IMG/VR virus record: IMGVR_UViG_3300050821_003647 | Coordinates: 1 to 64,000 of that record | DNA length: 64,000 bases | Reading direction: 5' to 3' (one strand) | Source: a virus | Part shown: positions 8,206 to 18,400 of the stretch, one piece after another | How the letters are laid out: each line of letters starts with the position of its first letter | Numbering within the stretch: the stretch's first letter is position 1 | Notes under the pieces: model-generated | The model's database searches: none | What the model was told of the DNA's origin: nothing | What the model saw: only the letters and a program-made list of their open reading frames with translations | Position numbers and translations under genes: made by a program

Positions 8206-11200
8206 ATGAGTACAAACATCCGCGATTTCCTGCTTCGCGTACTACCTTGGCCCGGGGATGATCTCCCCGGGTTCTGCAATGTGCATACCCAATGGCGTAT
8301 TGACGATAAGACCCCATGGAGCGGAGTACCAACACGTGACGTTGATATTTTTCTTCAGGAGGTGCATCGCCATAACACGATGCGTTCGCCGCCAGATATT
8401 TATATGTGTTTGTCTCGTCAATCAAATGTGAAAACTGTCGGAGACAAACAGAAAGCTGCCAAGTCCCAGCAGAACGCGCTCGCTCTAAAAGCTGTATGGC
8501 TAGATGTTGACGTTAAAGAAAAAGCGTTCCAAACTGTAGGGGAGGCTCTTGATGCAGTCAAAGAATTCTATACCAAATACAAACTCCCGCTACCTTCTGC
8601 GTATGTTGCTAGTGGTGGTGGTTTGCATGTTTATTGGATATCTGATCGCGTACTGACCCCAGCAGAGTGGCAACCATATGCCGAAGGACTTAAATCTCTC
8701 GCGATAGAATTCTTTGGTAGCAAGATTGACGCCGGTGTAATTGCTGACAGTGCAAGGGTTCTACGTGTACCTGGGACGCCGAATTTTAAGTATGATCCCC
8801 CCAAACCGGTGAAACTGCTTGGTATTAATGATGGAGGCGACTATGACTTTGCGACTGCTTTGGCTATACTCCCAAACATTGTTCCTCAGATTAATCGTCC
8901 CAATAATCAATCTCTTGCCGGTACACCTGCGAGTGCGTTTAGCGCTCTACCTGTTGAGAGCCTGGGCGAAGGAATTGGAAACAACTCCCTCCCGCCTTTG
9001 GACCCGACTGAAATGGTCCGACAGTGCGGACACTTCCGTGAAGCACTGACAACCGGTGGGAAAGACTTTTCGCAAGGGTTGTGGAATTTAACTACCCTTG
9101 CGTCTACTTTTTTGGAGGACGGTCATGCACTTGCACATAGGATGGCTAGGGGTCACAGCGGATATACGTATAACGAGACTGAAGCGCTTTGGGAGCGGAA
9201 GCTTGCTGAACGCCAGTCTATCGGTTTGGGTTGGCCCTCGTGTTCCTCTATTCAAGGCGAAGGTTGCAAACATTGCGCAACCTGTCCTATTTTGGCTAGG
9301 AACAAGTCACCCCTCCATCTGGCAAGAATTCTGCCCAAGCCGCAAGTGGCAATACAACCCGTGGCGACATATGTGGCACCTAGCCAAGTGGGAACGCCAA
9401 GGGTTCTGACCCCGCTTACAGATGCAGATATGCCTGATCCAACATATAACGTGGTCAACGGTATTATCCACAAAGTGGTTGCGCGTAATATACGTGGTCA
9501 ACCTCCTGAAATCGAGCAATTACCTTTGTTCCACTGTAGACTATATGAGCCTTGGGTGCAGGCGTGGCCTGATGCATTAAATTTTATAACCTCCGCAGAT
9601 AAGGGTTCCTACGCTGAGGTATGTTTGGAAAAGAAAAAGATGACCGCAATGGAACTAGAACGTGTTCTTTTGGATGCACGAGTGCTACATGTGCCTGAGA
9701 ACATGAAATATGTAAGGAGTTTTATCATGTCATGGCTTGGAAAATTACAGAACGCTGCTGCTGCTCATACCAATGTGCCATTTGGTTGGCATATGGACGG
9801 TAATACCTGCAAGGGGTTCTCCTATGGAAGCGTCCTGTATAAGCCAGATGGCTCACGTGGACCAATTGGACTTATTGATCCTAAACTACGCGCGAAATAT
9901 GGGCCTACCGGCGATATCGAGCCATGGTGGGAAGCCTATAGAACTATACGCAACCAAGAACGTATTGGTCTTCAAGTGATTATGGCTTCTGCTTTCGGTG
10001 CGTCCTTGATGTTCGGTGCAGGGCAATACTGCGTGCTTATGTCTGTGTTCGGAGATAGCGGTGCTAATAAATCTTCTGCGGCAAGGGTAGCCGCGGCGGT
10101 GTGGGGTAGTCCTAAACTCACGAAGGAAAACGAAAACGCTACTGAGAAGTCTGTCCTTCAGACCCTTGGGCAGATTAAACATCTCCCTTATTTTTGGGAT
10201 GAAATCAAGAATGATCAAGCCCAAAAGAAAGCGTATAACGTCCTATATATGGGAACAGGTGGCGCCGAAGGTAGTCGGCTTAATTCAGATGTAACCCAGC
10301 GTGACAAAGGGGACTGGCAAACGATTGTAGGTATTTTCTCTAACCCTTGTTTCGGAAATTACATTCTTAAGGAAAACCCCAATACTACAGCCGGTTTAAT
10401 GAGGGTGTTTGAGTGGGAAGAAAAAGAACCTCCTAAGAATGGCCCCGGTCAAATAAGCGTAAGCGATGCTGATCGTATCTTTGATAGTCTGGATCGTAAC
10501 TTTGGCCAAATTGGAAAACAATATGCAGCTTTTCTGGGAGCTAATCGAGACTTAGTATATCAAACTGTAGCTGCTAACGGACGATGGTTCGAAAAAGCTG
10601 TAGAAGACCCTAAGCGCAATACCAATGCGGAGCGGTTTTGGGTCGCATTTGCTTCAGCGATACAAACCGGTGCAGAGTTTGCAAACGCGCATGTTGGTAC
10701 TGATTTTGATATCGAAGGAATTCGTACTTTCCTTGTTCAGAAAATCCTTGCTATGCGTGCTCGTAGCCGAGAAGAAAACGTGCAAGGTGGCAGCATGGAA
10801 CATACTGAAGATATGCTCACTAACTTTCTAAAATATGAGGAACGTGCCACCTGTGTTACAAAGGGGGCACCTCCTCTTAAGCCCGGTACTCCCGGAATTA
10901 TAAATATCGACCACTCACCACAAAATGGCGTAGCTGTACAAGTTCAATGGGTAAACGGTCCCAACCCTGAACTACGTTTCTCTAAGAAAGAGTTCTACCG
11001 ATGGCTGGGACAGCCAGACGTAAAGGGCGACACCCGTGCAATTATGGAAGGTCTAAAGAAACACTACGCCGCTGTAGTGAAGCGTGGCACCTTGGCGGCT
11101 GGTACCAATCTTGCACATGGTGCGGAGCCACTAGTGTTTATACCGGTGCCAAATGGATCGGGCGTTGGAGAACTGATGCCTGATAAACCAGTGGATTTGG

Positions 11201-11241
11201 ATATTTTGATGGCTAATCCGGATGCCAAGAACGTATCTTGA
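8206..11241 (+). CDS. primase-polymerase fused to SF3 (D5/DUF927-like) helicase
   Basis: AEP motifs WLDVDVKE, GGGLHVYWIS, RVLRVPGTPNFKY. Downstream Walker A FGDSGANKSS and Walker B YFWDEI. Confidence 0.85.
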   Translation: MSTNIRDFLLRVLPWPGDDLPGFCNVHTQWRIDDKTPWSGVPTRDVDIFLQEVHRHNTMRSPPDIYMCLSRQSNVKTVGDKQKAAKSQQNALALKAVWLDVDVKEKAFQTVGEALDAVKEFYTKYKLPLPSAYVASGGGLHVYWISDRVLTPAEWQPYAEGLKSLAIEFFGSKIDAGVIADSARVLRVPGTPNFKYDPPKPVKLLGINDGGDYDFATALAILPNIVPQINRPNNQSLAGTPASAFSALPVESLGEGIGNNSLPPLDPTEMVRQCGHFREALTTGGKDFSQGLWNLTTLASTFLEDGHALAHRMARGHSGYTYNETEALWERKLAERQSIGLGWPSCSSIQGEGCKHCATCPILARNKSPLHLARILPKPQVAIQPVATYVAPSQVGTPRVLTPLTDADMPDPTYNVVNGIIHKVVARNIRGQPPEIEQLPLFHCRLYEPWVQAWPDALNFITSADKGSYAEVCLEKKKMTAMELERVLLDARVLHVPENMKYVRSFIMSWLGKLQNAAAAHTNVPFGWHMDGNTCKGFSYGSVLYKPDGSRGPIGLIDPKLRAKYGPTGDIEPWWEAYRTIRNQERIGLQVIMASAFGASLMFGAGQYCVLMSVFGDSGANKSSAARVAAAVWGSPKLTKENENATEKSVLQTLGQIKHLPYFWDEIKNDQAQKKAYNVLYMGTGGAEGSRLNSDVTQRDKGDWQTIVGIFSNPCFGNYILKENPNTTAGLMRVFEWEEKEPPKNGPGQISVSDADRIFDSLDRNFGQIGKQYAAFLGANRDLVYQTVAANGRWFEKAVEDPKRNTNAERFWVAFASAIQTGAEFANAHVGTDFDIEGIRTFLVQKILAMRARSREENVQGGSMEHTEDMLTNFLKYEERATCVTKGAPPLKPGTPGIINIDHSPQNGVAVQVQWVNGPNPELRFSKKEFYRWLGQPDVKGDTRAIMEGLKKHYAAVVKRGTLAAGTNLAHGAEPLVFIPVPNGSGVGELMPDKPVDLDILMANPDAKNVS

Positions 11242-11255
11242 CATCTCACCATTTA

Positions 11256-11284
11256 CCGAGTAAATTACATAGTAATTTACTCGG
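11256..11284. terminator. 13-bp perfect hairpin at the convergent gene junction
   Basis: ccgagtaaattac-ata-gtaatttactcgg lies between the + primase stop (11241) and the - gene stop (11277). A/T-rich stem with no clear U-tract. Confidence 0.4.
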
Positions 11285-11798
11285 GGCGTCTTGTTGTCGG
11301 AATTGCAGGTTCTAACAAACCCGCCTTCATAATTGAACCCCCAACTTTGGGATCGTCAGGGTCCGGAATTGGACCATAAGGTCCAAATCTTTTAGGGTTG
11401 CGTTCTCCACCTTCCCAAGCATTGCAACAAGCATGGGGTTTAACTTCTTCTTTCAGTTTCCACATATTAGGGAACATGCGATTAAGCTGAACATATAGAT
11501 CGCAATGTTGGTGAGATTTATCCCTATTATCAAAAGCATTGCACCGTCTGCATTGAGGCGGCCCATCAAAAAATCCTGCTTCTTTCTTGGTGACAAGACT
11601 TCTTGGTTCTTCTGTGGTGTTAGGTCCCTGGATATATAATCCACAGGTATCATTTTCGTCTACTTCATCGGCTTTGTTATTAGAGAACCAGTAACAACGA
11701 CCTTTTTCACGGTTAAACCGCGCACAGGTGCCACACGTCGCAAATTTATCCGTCTCAGGAGACGGCTCCATATAAAGAAACGTTGACCTATCGCGCAT
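11277..11798 (-). CDS. Cys-rich virion-module protein (internal duplication)
   Basis: ATG at 11798 with AAGGTGG upstream. Two CxxC..C..C(G/D)LY half-repeats. Confidence 0.65.
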   Translation of the reverse strand: MRDRSTFLYMEPSPETDKFATCGTCARFNREKGRCYWFSNNKADEVDENDTCGLYIQGPNTTEEPRSLVTKKEAGFFDGPPQCRRCNAFDNRDKSHQHCDLYVQLNRMFPNMWKLKEEVKPHACCNAWEGGERNPKRFGPYGPIPDPDDPKVGGSIMKAGLLEPAIPTTRRPE

Positions 11799-11810
11799 TA
11801 CTGCCACCTT

Positions 11811-12140
11811 TTACTGACGAGGTGTAACAGTCTTAAGGCTCTTATCCTTGCCTGGGTGCTTCTTGGCACCTTTACCATATGCCTGAGGCGAGCCCGGCTG
11901 CGGGTGGGCCATATAACCCTTACCATAAGAGGCATCCGCCGCATCGGGGCCAGCAGTATCCGCAGAGAACGGGTCCGGCTCTTTCATGAACTCACGCCGA
12001 CGCCCTAGCACCTCGCCACCTTTGGCGTAGCCAGTCTCTTCGATAGCGCCACCCTTGGCGTACTTTTTGCCAGGGTTCTGGTGTTTAGCCATAAGGCTTT
12101 CAAAAAGGGCCTTGTCCTGCGCTGCATCATCGTGTGCCAT
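11811..12140 (-). CDS. small disordered virion-module protein with two YAKGG motifs
   Basis: ORF containing KYAKGGAIEETGYAKGGEV. Confidence 0.6.
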   Translation of the reverse strand: MAHDDAAQDKALFESLMAKHQNPGKKYAKGGAIEETGYAKGGEVLGRRREFMKEPDPFSADTAGPDAADASYGKGYMAHPQPGSPQAYGKGAKKHPGKDKSLKTVTPRQ

Positions 12141-12144
12141 GGTG

Positions 12145-12378
12145 TTAACCTTTCTTAGAGTAGTTACGTGGCCCTTGTTTTCGTTGCCCGGGTGGCGGTG
12201 GGTAGGAAGAAGCAGTGCCGATTGTAGGCACGCTACCTATTTCACCGCCCATATTGAACTTCTTACCTTTGTCTGCGTCAGCAAAGTCTTGCCCAACCGA
12301 CTTAGGGATACCCAAAGTCGAGTGACCGTGTGCGGCGGCTTCCATTGCGCGGTGTTGAGGTCCACTTACGCTAGGCAT
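12145..12378 (-). CDS. small virion-module protein (DUF3008-like N-terminus)
   Basis: AGGAG SD. The GPQHRAMEAAAHGHS pattern resembles DUF3008 as I remember it. Confidence 0.55.
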   Translation of the reverse strand: MPSVSGPQHRAMEAAAHGHSTLGIPKSVGQDFADADKGKKFNMGGEIGSVPTIGTASSYPPPPGQRKQGPRNYSKKG

Positions 12379-12406
12379 GACACGCTCCTTTACCGGGACG
12401 GTAACA

Positions 12407-15400
12407 TCACCGGGTTAACCTATTGTATAATCCCTCTTCGGGATACAAACCGCCATGCTGCTGGCGGGTAAGGGCTTTCTGGCGATTGATTTGGGCTGCT
12501 TCGCGTTCATACCGTTCCGCCTTAGGACTTGGGTTCTTTATATCCGCCACCTGAGATATAAACCCACTAATAGGGCCGCGAGCATTATCCGCCGCACGCA
12601 TAGCCATCGCATACGGCGAAATAAAGTTTTGCGCCATAGAAGCTGCGCGCTGGGTTACTACTTTTCCAAGCGCTTGCATACGATTAGGTCCTTGGAATAC
12701 ACGTGTCACATCGCCCGGCTCGTTAATCGGACGCCCAGCGAAATCACGGTTAGACGCTTGCTGCATAGCACCTTGTGCTAAAGGCGAAATAGTAAGGGTG
12801 CCCTGAGGACCGGTATTAAGGGCATCTTCCTTACCTTGCGCCGCCCGTACAATATGGTTTGGCAAGGTAAGCGGACCACGACGACGGAACTCGGCATCTG
12901 GGTTACCGGTTGCCATACGTGCGATCTTATCAAGTGCTGGATATACCGCAAATGCAAGGAGCCCCATGGCAAACATCTTACCGGCAGCATCGATACGCTC
13001 CTGTCCATTGCCTTTAACGGCATCTTTCACGATATGGGCATAGGAGTTGAACACACCATAGTGGTAGGGGCCGAAGGCGAAAAGTGTGTTATCTCGCAAC
13101 ATACGAGAAGCAAGCCTGCCCCAGTCATTCGCACCTATGACATAGCTAGGTACTCGATAGTTAGGAAAATGCTTTTCTGACTGCATAATGGCATTTTCCA
13201 TAGTGGCGCCATCGTGCATACGTTCCAGGACGCGTTGGGTAAGGAACATATCGTTACCAGCCCACATCATTTTACTGGAAGCACGATACACTGCCCGCCC
13301 AAGGTCCTGTGCGCTCATACCCATAACCCGTGCGATCGGGTCCCACTTAGATGGATTACTAGCAATCGCGTGGCCAGCGGCAGTATAAATATTCTGAAGC
13401 CGGTTCTGGTTAAGTACTCCACGGTACTGCCCACCGAAGCCGTGCTCATGCAAGGTGTCCTGGAGAGTGTCTTGACTAAGCACTGACTTAATAGCCTGTG
13501 CGCTAGTTGAAGCAAGTACACGAAGCTTTTCAGGTTTGATCCAGTCCCAGCCACGATCGGTAAACCAGTGAGTACCGACGTTCGCTAAATGGAATATTGG
13601 GTCGATGAACATAAGCTTCGTAACCTTTTCACTTAGATTACGAACACGGTCCCAGGCTTCGTTTGACGTGAGACCGGGCGCAGTAAAATCATCCAAAACT
13701 GCGCGCACGTGGTCAGTCATATATAGGTCTTTGAACTGTGGCGCGATACTAGGCTTCCAACCGTTACGTTCTGCCACTTTGGCATCGGGAGTTGCCATAC
13801 CCCTTGCCACCAATTCGGCCTTAATGCTTTGAAGGTACTGAAGCCGGGCCAGCGTGTTACGAAGTTCGGCATTAGTGGCGAGCGCGCTAAGGATTGCACT
13901 CTTAATATATTTTGCTGGCTGGCCGTTGCTAAAGTTGGCATGTTGCTCAATCTCGGGAGTAAGCGCATCTTTCACGGTCTGTAGCACACCGTTATGGTCC
14001 CGGAATTGAACCCCAGGAGTTTCTTCAAACGCGGCATTCTGCCGGTATGCCGGTATATGGTTGTTCCACTCGGCATAACCATTTTCAGTCGGTGATATAA
14101 CAGTGCGGTTTCCTTGCGGGTCCTCAAGGGCCATGAACTCCCGATGTTTCAGCGTAGCAGTCATCGTAGAAAGCCCACGCTTCTTAGCCGCGGTTACGTT
14201 AGCGATAGGGTCGCCACCGAAATCCGGGTGATACCCTTGCGGAACACGCTGGATATGATTTTCAACCTTTGGACCAAGTAGTCCAGGATGAATTGCTTCG
14301 ATATTCCGGAATAGTTCATCATTGTGTTCAAACACGGGCTGAAGCTTCTGATAGTACGCTGCTTTCTCGTCAGAAGACAAGCTAGCAATATCATCGCGCT
14401 CGTGCGCGAGATATATCTTTTCATCGTTGTTCTTGATTGCGTCAGGCATAGCCGCGGCTTCCCGCTGGCGGTCGAGCCATACGCCGCCTTCCATCTTCTG
14501 CACACGGTTTAATCCGTCATCCAATGAGTTAGCGTACTCGTGCTTCGTCCCTTCTGGTTCCATAGCACGATAGCTCTCGGCGTATAGCCGGGCTTTAGGG
14601 CCAAATACACCCCGTAAGGATGCTAAAAATGCTTGTGGATTAAATGACGCGTTTTCGTCACGGAACATATCTCGCAAAAGGCCACCGTAATATTCCGCGC
14701 CAGAAGACTTCTGACTATCATAGTCTTCCAAAGACGACTTTTTACCAGCACTAGTTTCAGATTGGTACTCATCCCCGTTAGGATCAGAGGTATTCGAAAT
14801 TTCATTCTCCCACTGAGCACGATCTTCAGGAGACAAACTTTCTGTCCATTGGCGCATGGCGGTATCGATCGGGTCTTCAATAACCCGGCGCTTGTTCGTG
14901 GCAATATCAGCATCTACTTTATTGAACTCGCGAATTTCTTTGCCACTAGCACCACCACGAGCAATTTGCTCATTGCTCATAAAATCAGTAATCATTTTAG
15001 GCGTGATGCGTTTTGCGTTAACAAGCTTAGACGCAGCCCGAAGCCATTCCTGTGCAGCAGTGCGTTTACGTGGCATTGGCGACAGTGGGTCTTTGCCGAG
15101 ATTTTCCTTTTGCGCATGCTCCAACGCATCCGAGAGGCGCCGCTTAAATAGGTCCTGATCCACAACAGTGGTAGGGATTTTGTTATTAGTAGGCTGGAAT
15201 TTATCAAATGCTGACTGCGCCGCCTGAGCAGCGAATTGCTTCTCGCGAGCGACTTTGGTGCTCTCAGCCGCAACGGTTTCCTCGCCTAGATTAGCCTGTT
15301 GCTGTAAGCTTTCACGTTTAGCTTGCGCTGCACCTTCCTGAGGGTTTTCCTTCTTTTCTATTTTATCCATTATGCGGGTTACGCGTTTCATTTCTTCTGG

Positions 15401-18400
15401 AGAGACCGCACCGTGTTCCTCAATTTTGGCGGTCAAGTCCTGAAGTATTTTACGCGCCTGAGGCTCGATAGCTGGGTTCTTCTCCACTGCATCGGCAACA
15501 GCCCCAAGGTCCCGCTCACGCAATTTTGCCGCGGTATCAGCGACTGCACCCTCCACTATCCCAGTATTAGGATGGGTCGGGATTTCAGTGCCGATAGGCT
15601 GTTTATTTTCCCTCAATGCTCGTCTAGCATCGTTGCGTCCACGATCATATGCGTATTGATATTTTTTCTCTCCCGGGTAGTCGTATACACTTTCCCCAGC
15701 ATATACGTCCTTGTGCCCTTGCTGATATGCTTCTTGTGCTTTTTGATCCTTAGGATGTATCTGGTCGTGTAGGGGACCGGTAAATTTTTCTTCTGTTGTT
15801 TCCTGACCCTTCCTAGATGCAGTCATGGCATCTTGCATACCGCGATCGTATGCAGCGTTCATATCGTCGCGTTCTGGCGGCCATCGTTTATTTGCGTTAC
15901 CGGCACGGTAATCATCTTGCCCCTGCCAATATGCATCCTGTGTCTCTTTGAATGGAGGCACCTCGCGATATAGTTCACCGGGTTGACGTTCCTGTGGTTT
16001 AGGAGAAGGGAAACTTCGAACATTTTCAGGAGTAGGCGGAACCCCGTTAAGTTCTTCCTCTGTAGGTTCGCCACCACGGCGTGCTTCTAACTCTGGTAGA
16101 GGTTTCTCGTTATAAATGTCACGAGTATCCCCGTGCATCTCTTCATTTGAAGGTGTACCAGGATGCATACCTGGACCTTGACCTTCATCTTCCTCCTTAG
16201 GCCGACCCCATTTAGTTATGGCTTCAAGGTCTGGCGGAAGTTTATGCGCTCGTTGTTCCACAAGAGCCGATGTAAACGGGTCTGGTGTTAGATTAGTAAC
16301 TGAAGGGCGTCCTGGCTGTGGAGCATTTGCAACATTCTCATTTGCCGCCTCCCCGCTAAAGGGCACTCGCATACTTTTCTGCATGCGCTTATCAGCGGCT
16401 TTCAGTCCACGCGGAGGTGTATTCCGCCCAGGACCGTTATCCTGCGTAAGTGCTTGCATTACCTCTTGGGAAATTCCACCGGTAGTAGGGTCAAGGGTTT
16501 CAGCAGTTGGGTGATCTCCTGCGCCACTTGAAGTCGGATGCACGTTGCTATCCGTAGTAGTGCGGTAATCACGCTCGCTCCCCGCCGGATAGCTCTGTGG
16601 GTTGCCTATGTTCGTATCTTTGCGTGGTGGCGCCATCTCATGCGAAGTGCTAAGGGTGCTGTTAGGATCATATCCAGCATGTGCAGGAGTAGCAGCGCTC
16701 TTGTCCGCAGTAATATTTTCGTCGGTTTTCGTAGGAATATCGTTCTCAGCACCGGGGGCGGTGTTATCCGGTGGCCGGGTTCCAGGCCGAGTTATGTCTG
16801 TCCAATCTTCCCTAGGCATCTCATAGATAGGTCGAGTATTTTCACGAGGGGTCCCAGGACGCGGTGCAGCGGCCTGTGAAAAGACCTGATCGTCACCGCC
16901 TGGGTACGCGGCTGCTTCGCCTTCACTTGATACGGTGTAATCTGGCGGGGATGGGAGAGCCTTCATTGGCTCACTACCCTTGGCCATATCTGGACGGCCA
17001 GCCCTAATACCTACTTTCGCAGCAAGGCGACTACCAAGTTGCCCCAACGGTTCGCCAACCCGGTTTAGACCTGGGAATGCGGCACCGGCAGCGGCGGCCA
17101 TAGCGATATCTGACGGATCGAGTTCACCTGTATGAAGGTACTCGCTACCTGCTTCGATGGCTGCTTGACCACCGGCCATGGCAGCACGCTGAACTCCCGT
17201 AACTGCGGCGCCTCCAGTACCCATACCGACAAGGCTACCAGCGATATCTACCGCGGTCGCAAGTTTTGGGTGTTCTTGTTGAAATGCCGCGGCTTTCTCA
17301 GGATCGGGGCTGATCCCGAGTTTATCCATGAACCAGTCTTGGATTTTACGAAGACTGACGTTAGCGGCAATACCACCTACGGCGGCGCCAGCAAGAGAGC
17401 CAATAGGACCACCAAGAGAACCAACCTCAGCACCACCAATCATGGCAGGGATAGACCCGAGCCCAGGGAGCACTGCTTGTGCACCTCGTTTCAAGGCTTC
17501 GCCAGCGGTATTATATTCTACAGGTCCATTTGGATTAAGTCCTCTTTGTTGAACTTCCTCGTCAGAAAGAGGCTCATAATCTCCACCGCCAGGACCACCG
17601 GGCGGTAACCCCATTCGTTGTACTTCGTCGTCAGAAAGAGGCTCATAACCCCCTTCGACTTCGCCACCTTCAGCATATTTTTTCACATCAGGTGCACTAT
17701 CGCCTTCGCGAGTAAGCTTACGCTGTCCCGCATTGGTGAATGGCCCTTTATAAAGATCGCTAGGAGGATGCGGGTTCTTCTCTTTTTGAGTGATACCAGC
17801 CAGCTTATGCATCTGCTCCTGATAGCCGTTCCAATCAATTCCATCGGCTTCAACAGCAGCGCGTTCAGCCTTAAGAGCAAGCCTATGAGCAGGTTCATAT
17901 TTCATCCCCACGTCCATATGCTTACGTTCATCAGTCTCGTGAACTGCAAGATATTTCACAGGGTCAAAGGACTTACCTTTGACCACCATAGTCTTAGGAA
18001 CGCGCTTGTCGATGTCAAGCGTGCAATGGTTTTGGCTTATTCCCGCAAGGTAAGGATCATCTTGGGTTCGGTTGACACGCAAGGTACCCAAAGGCCGGGT
18101 GCGCCGACCCTTCTCCACCCACGACCGAAACTTGTGCGCAGGCAAGGTAGTAACCGCTCCCACGCGGTCCTTTCCGCGGCCATCGCTAAATCCTCTGTTG
18201 TAATGGTCAAGGGCGTGCTGACGGGACTGGAACCCAATAAGTGCTTTGTGCTCGTCGAATTTTCCAGTATATGCGTCCACTTGGTCAACCACGTGCACGT
18301 TGGGGTTTCCTGGGTGTGGTCCAAGGTAGGCATCTACGTGGTCTCCATCTGCGCCTTTGGTACCACGGATATAACCATAATGAGCGGGCATTGTCACGCT

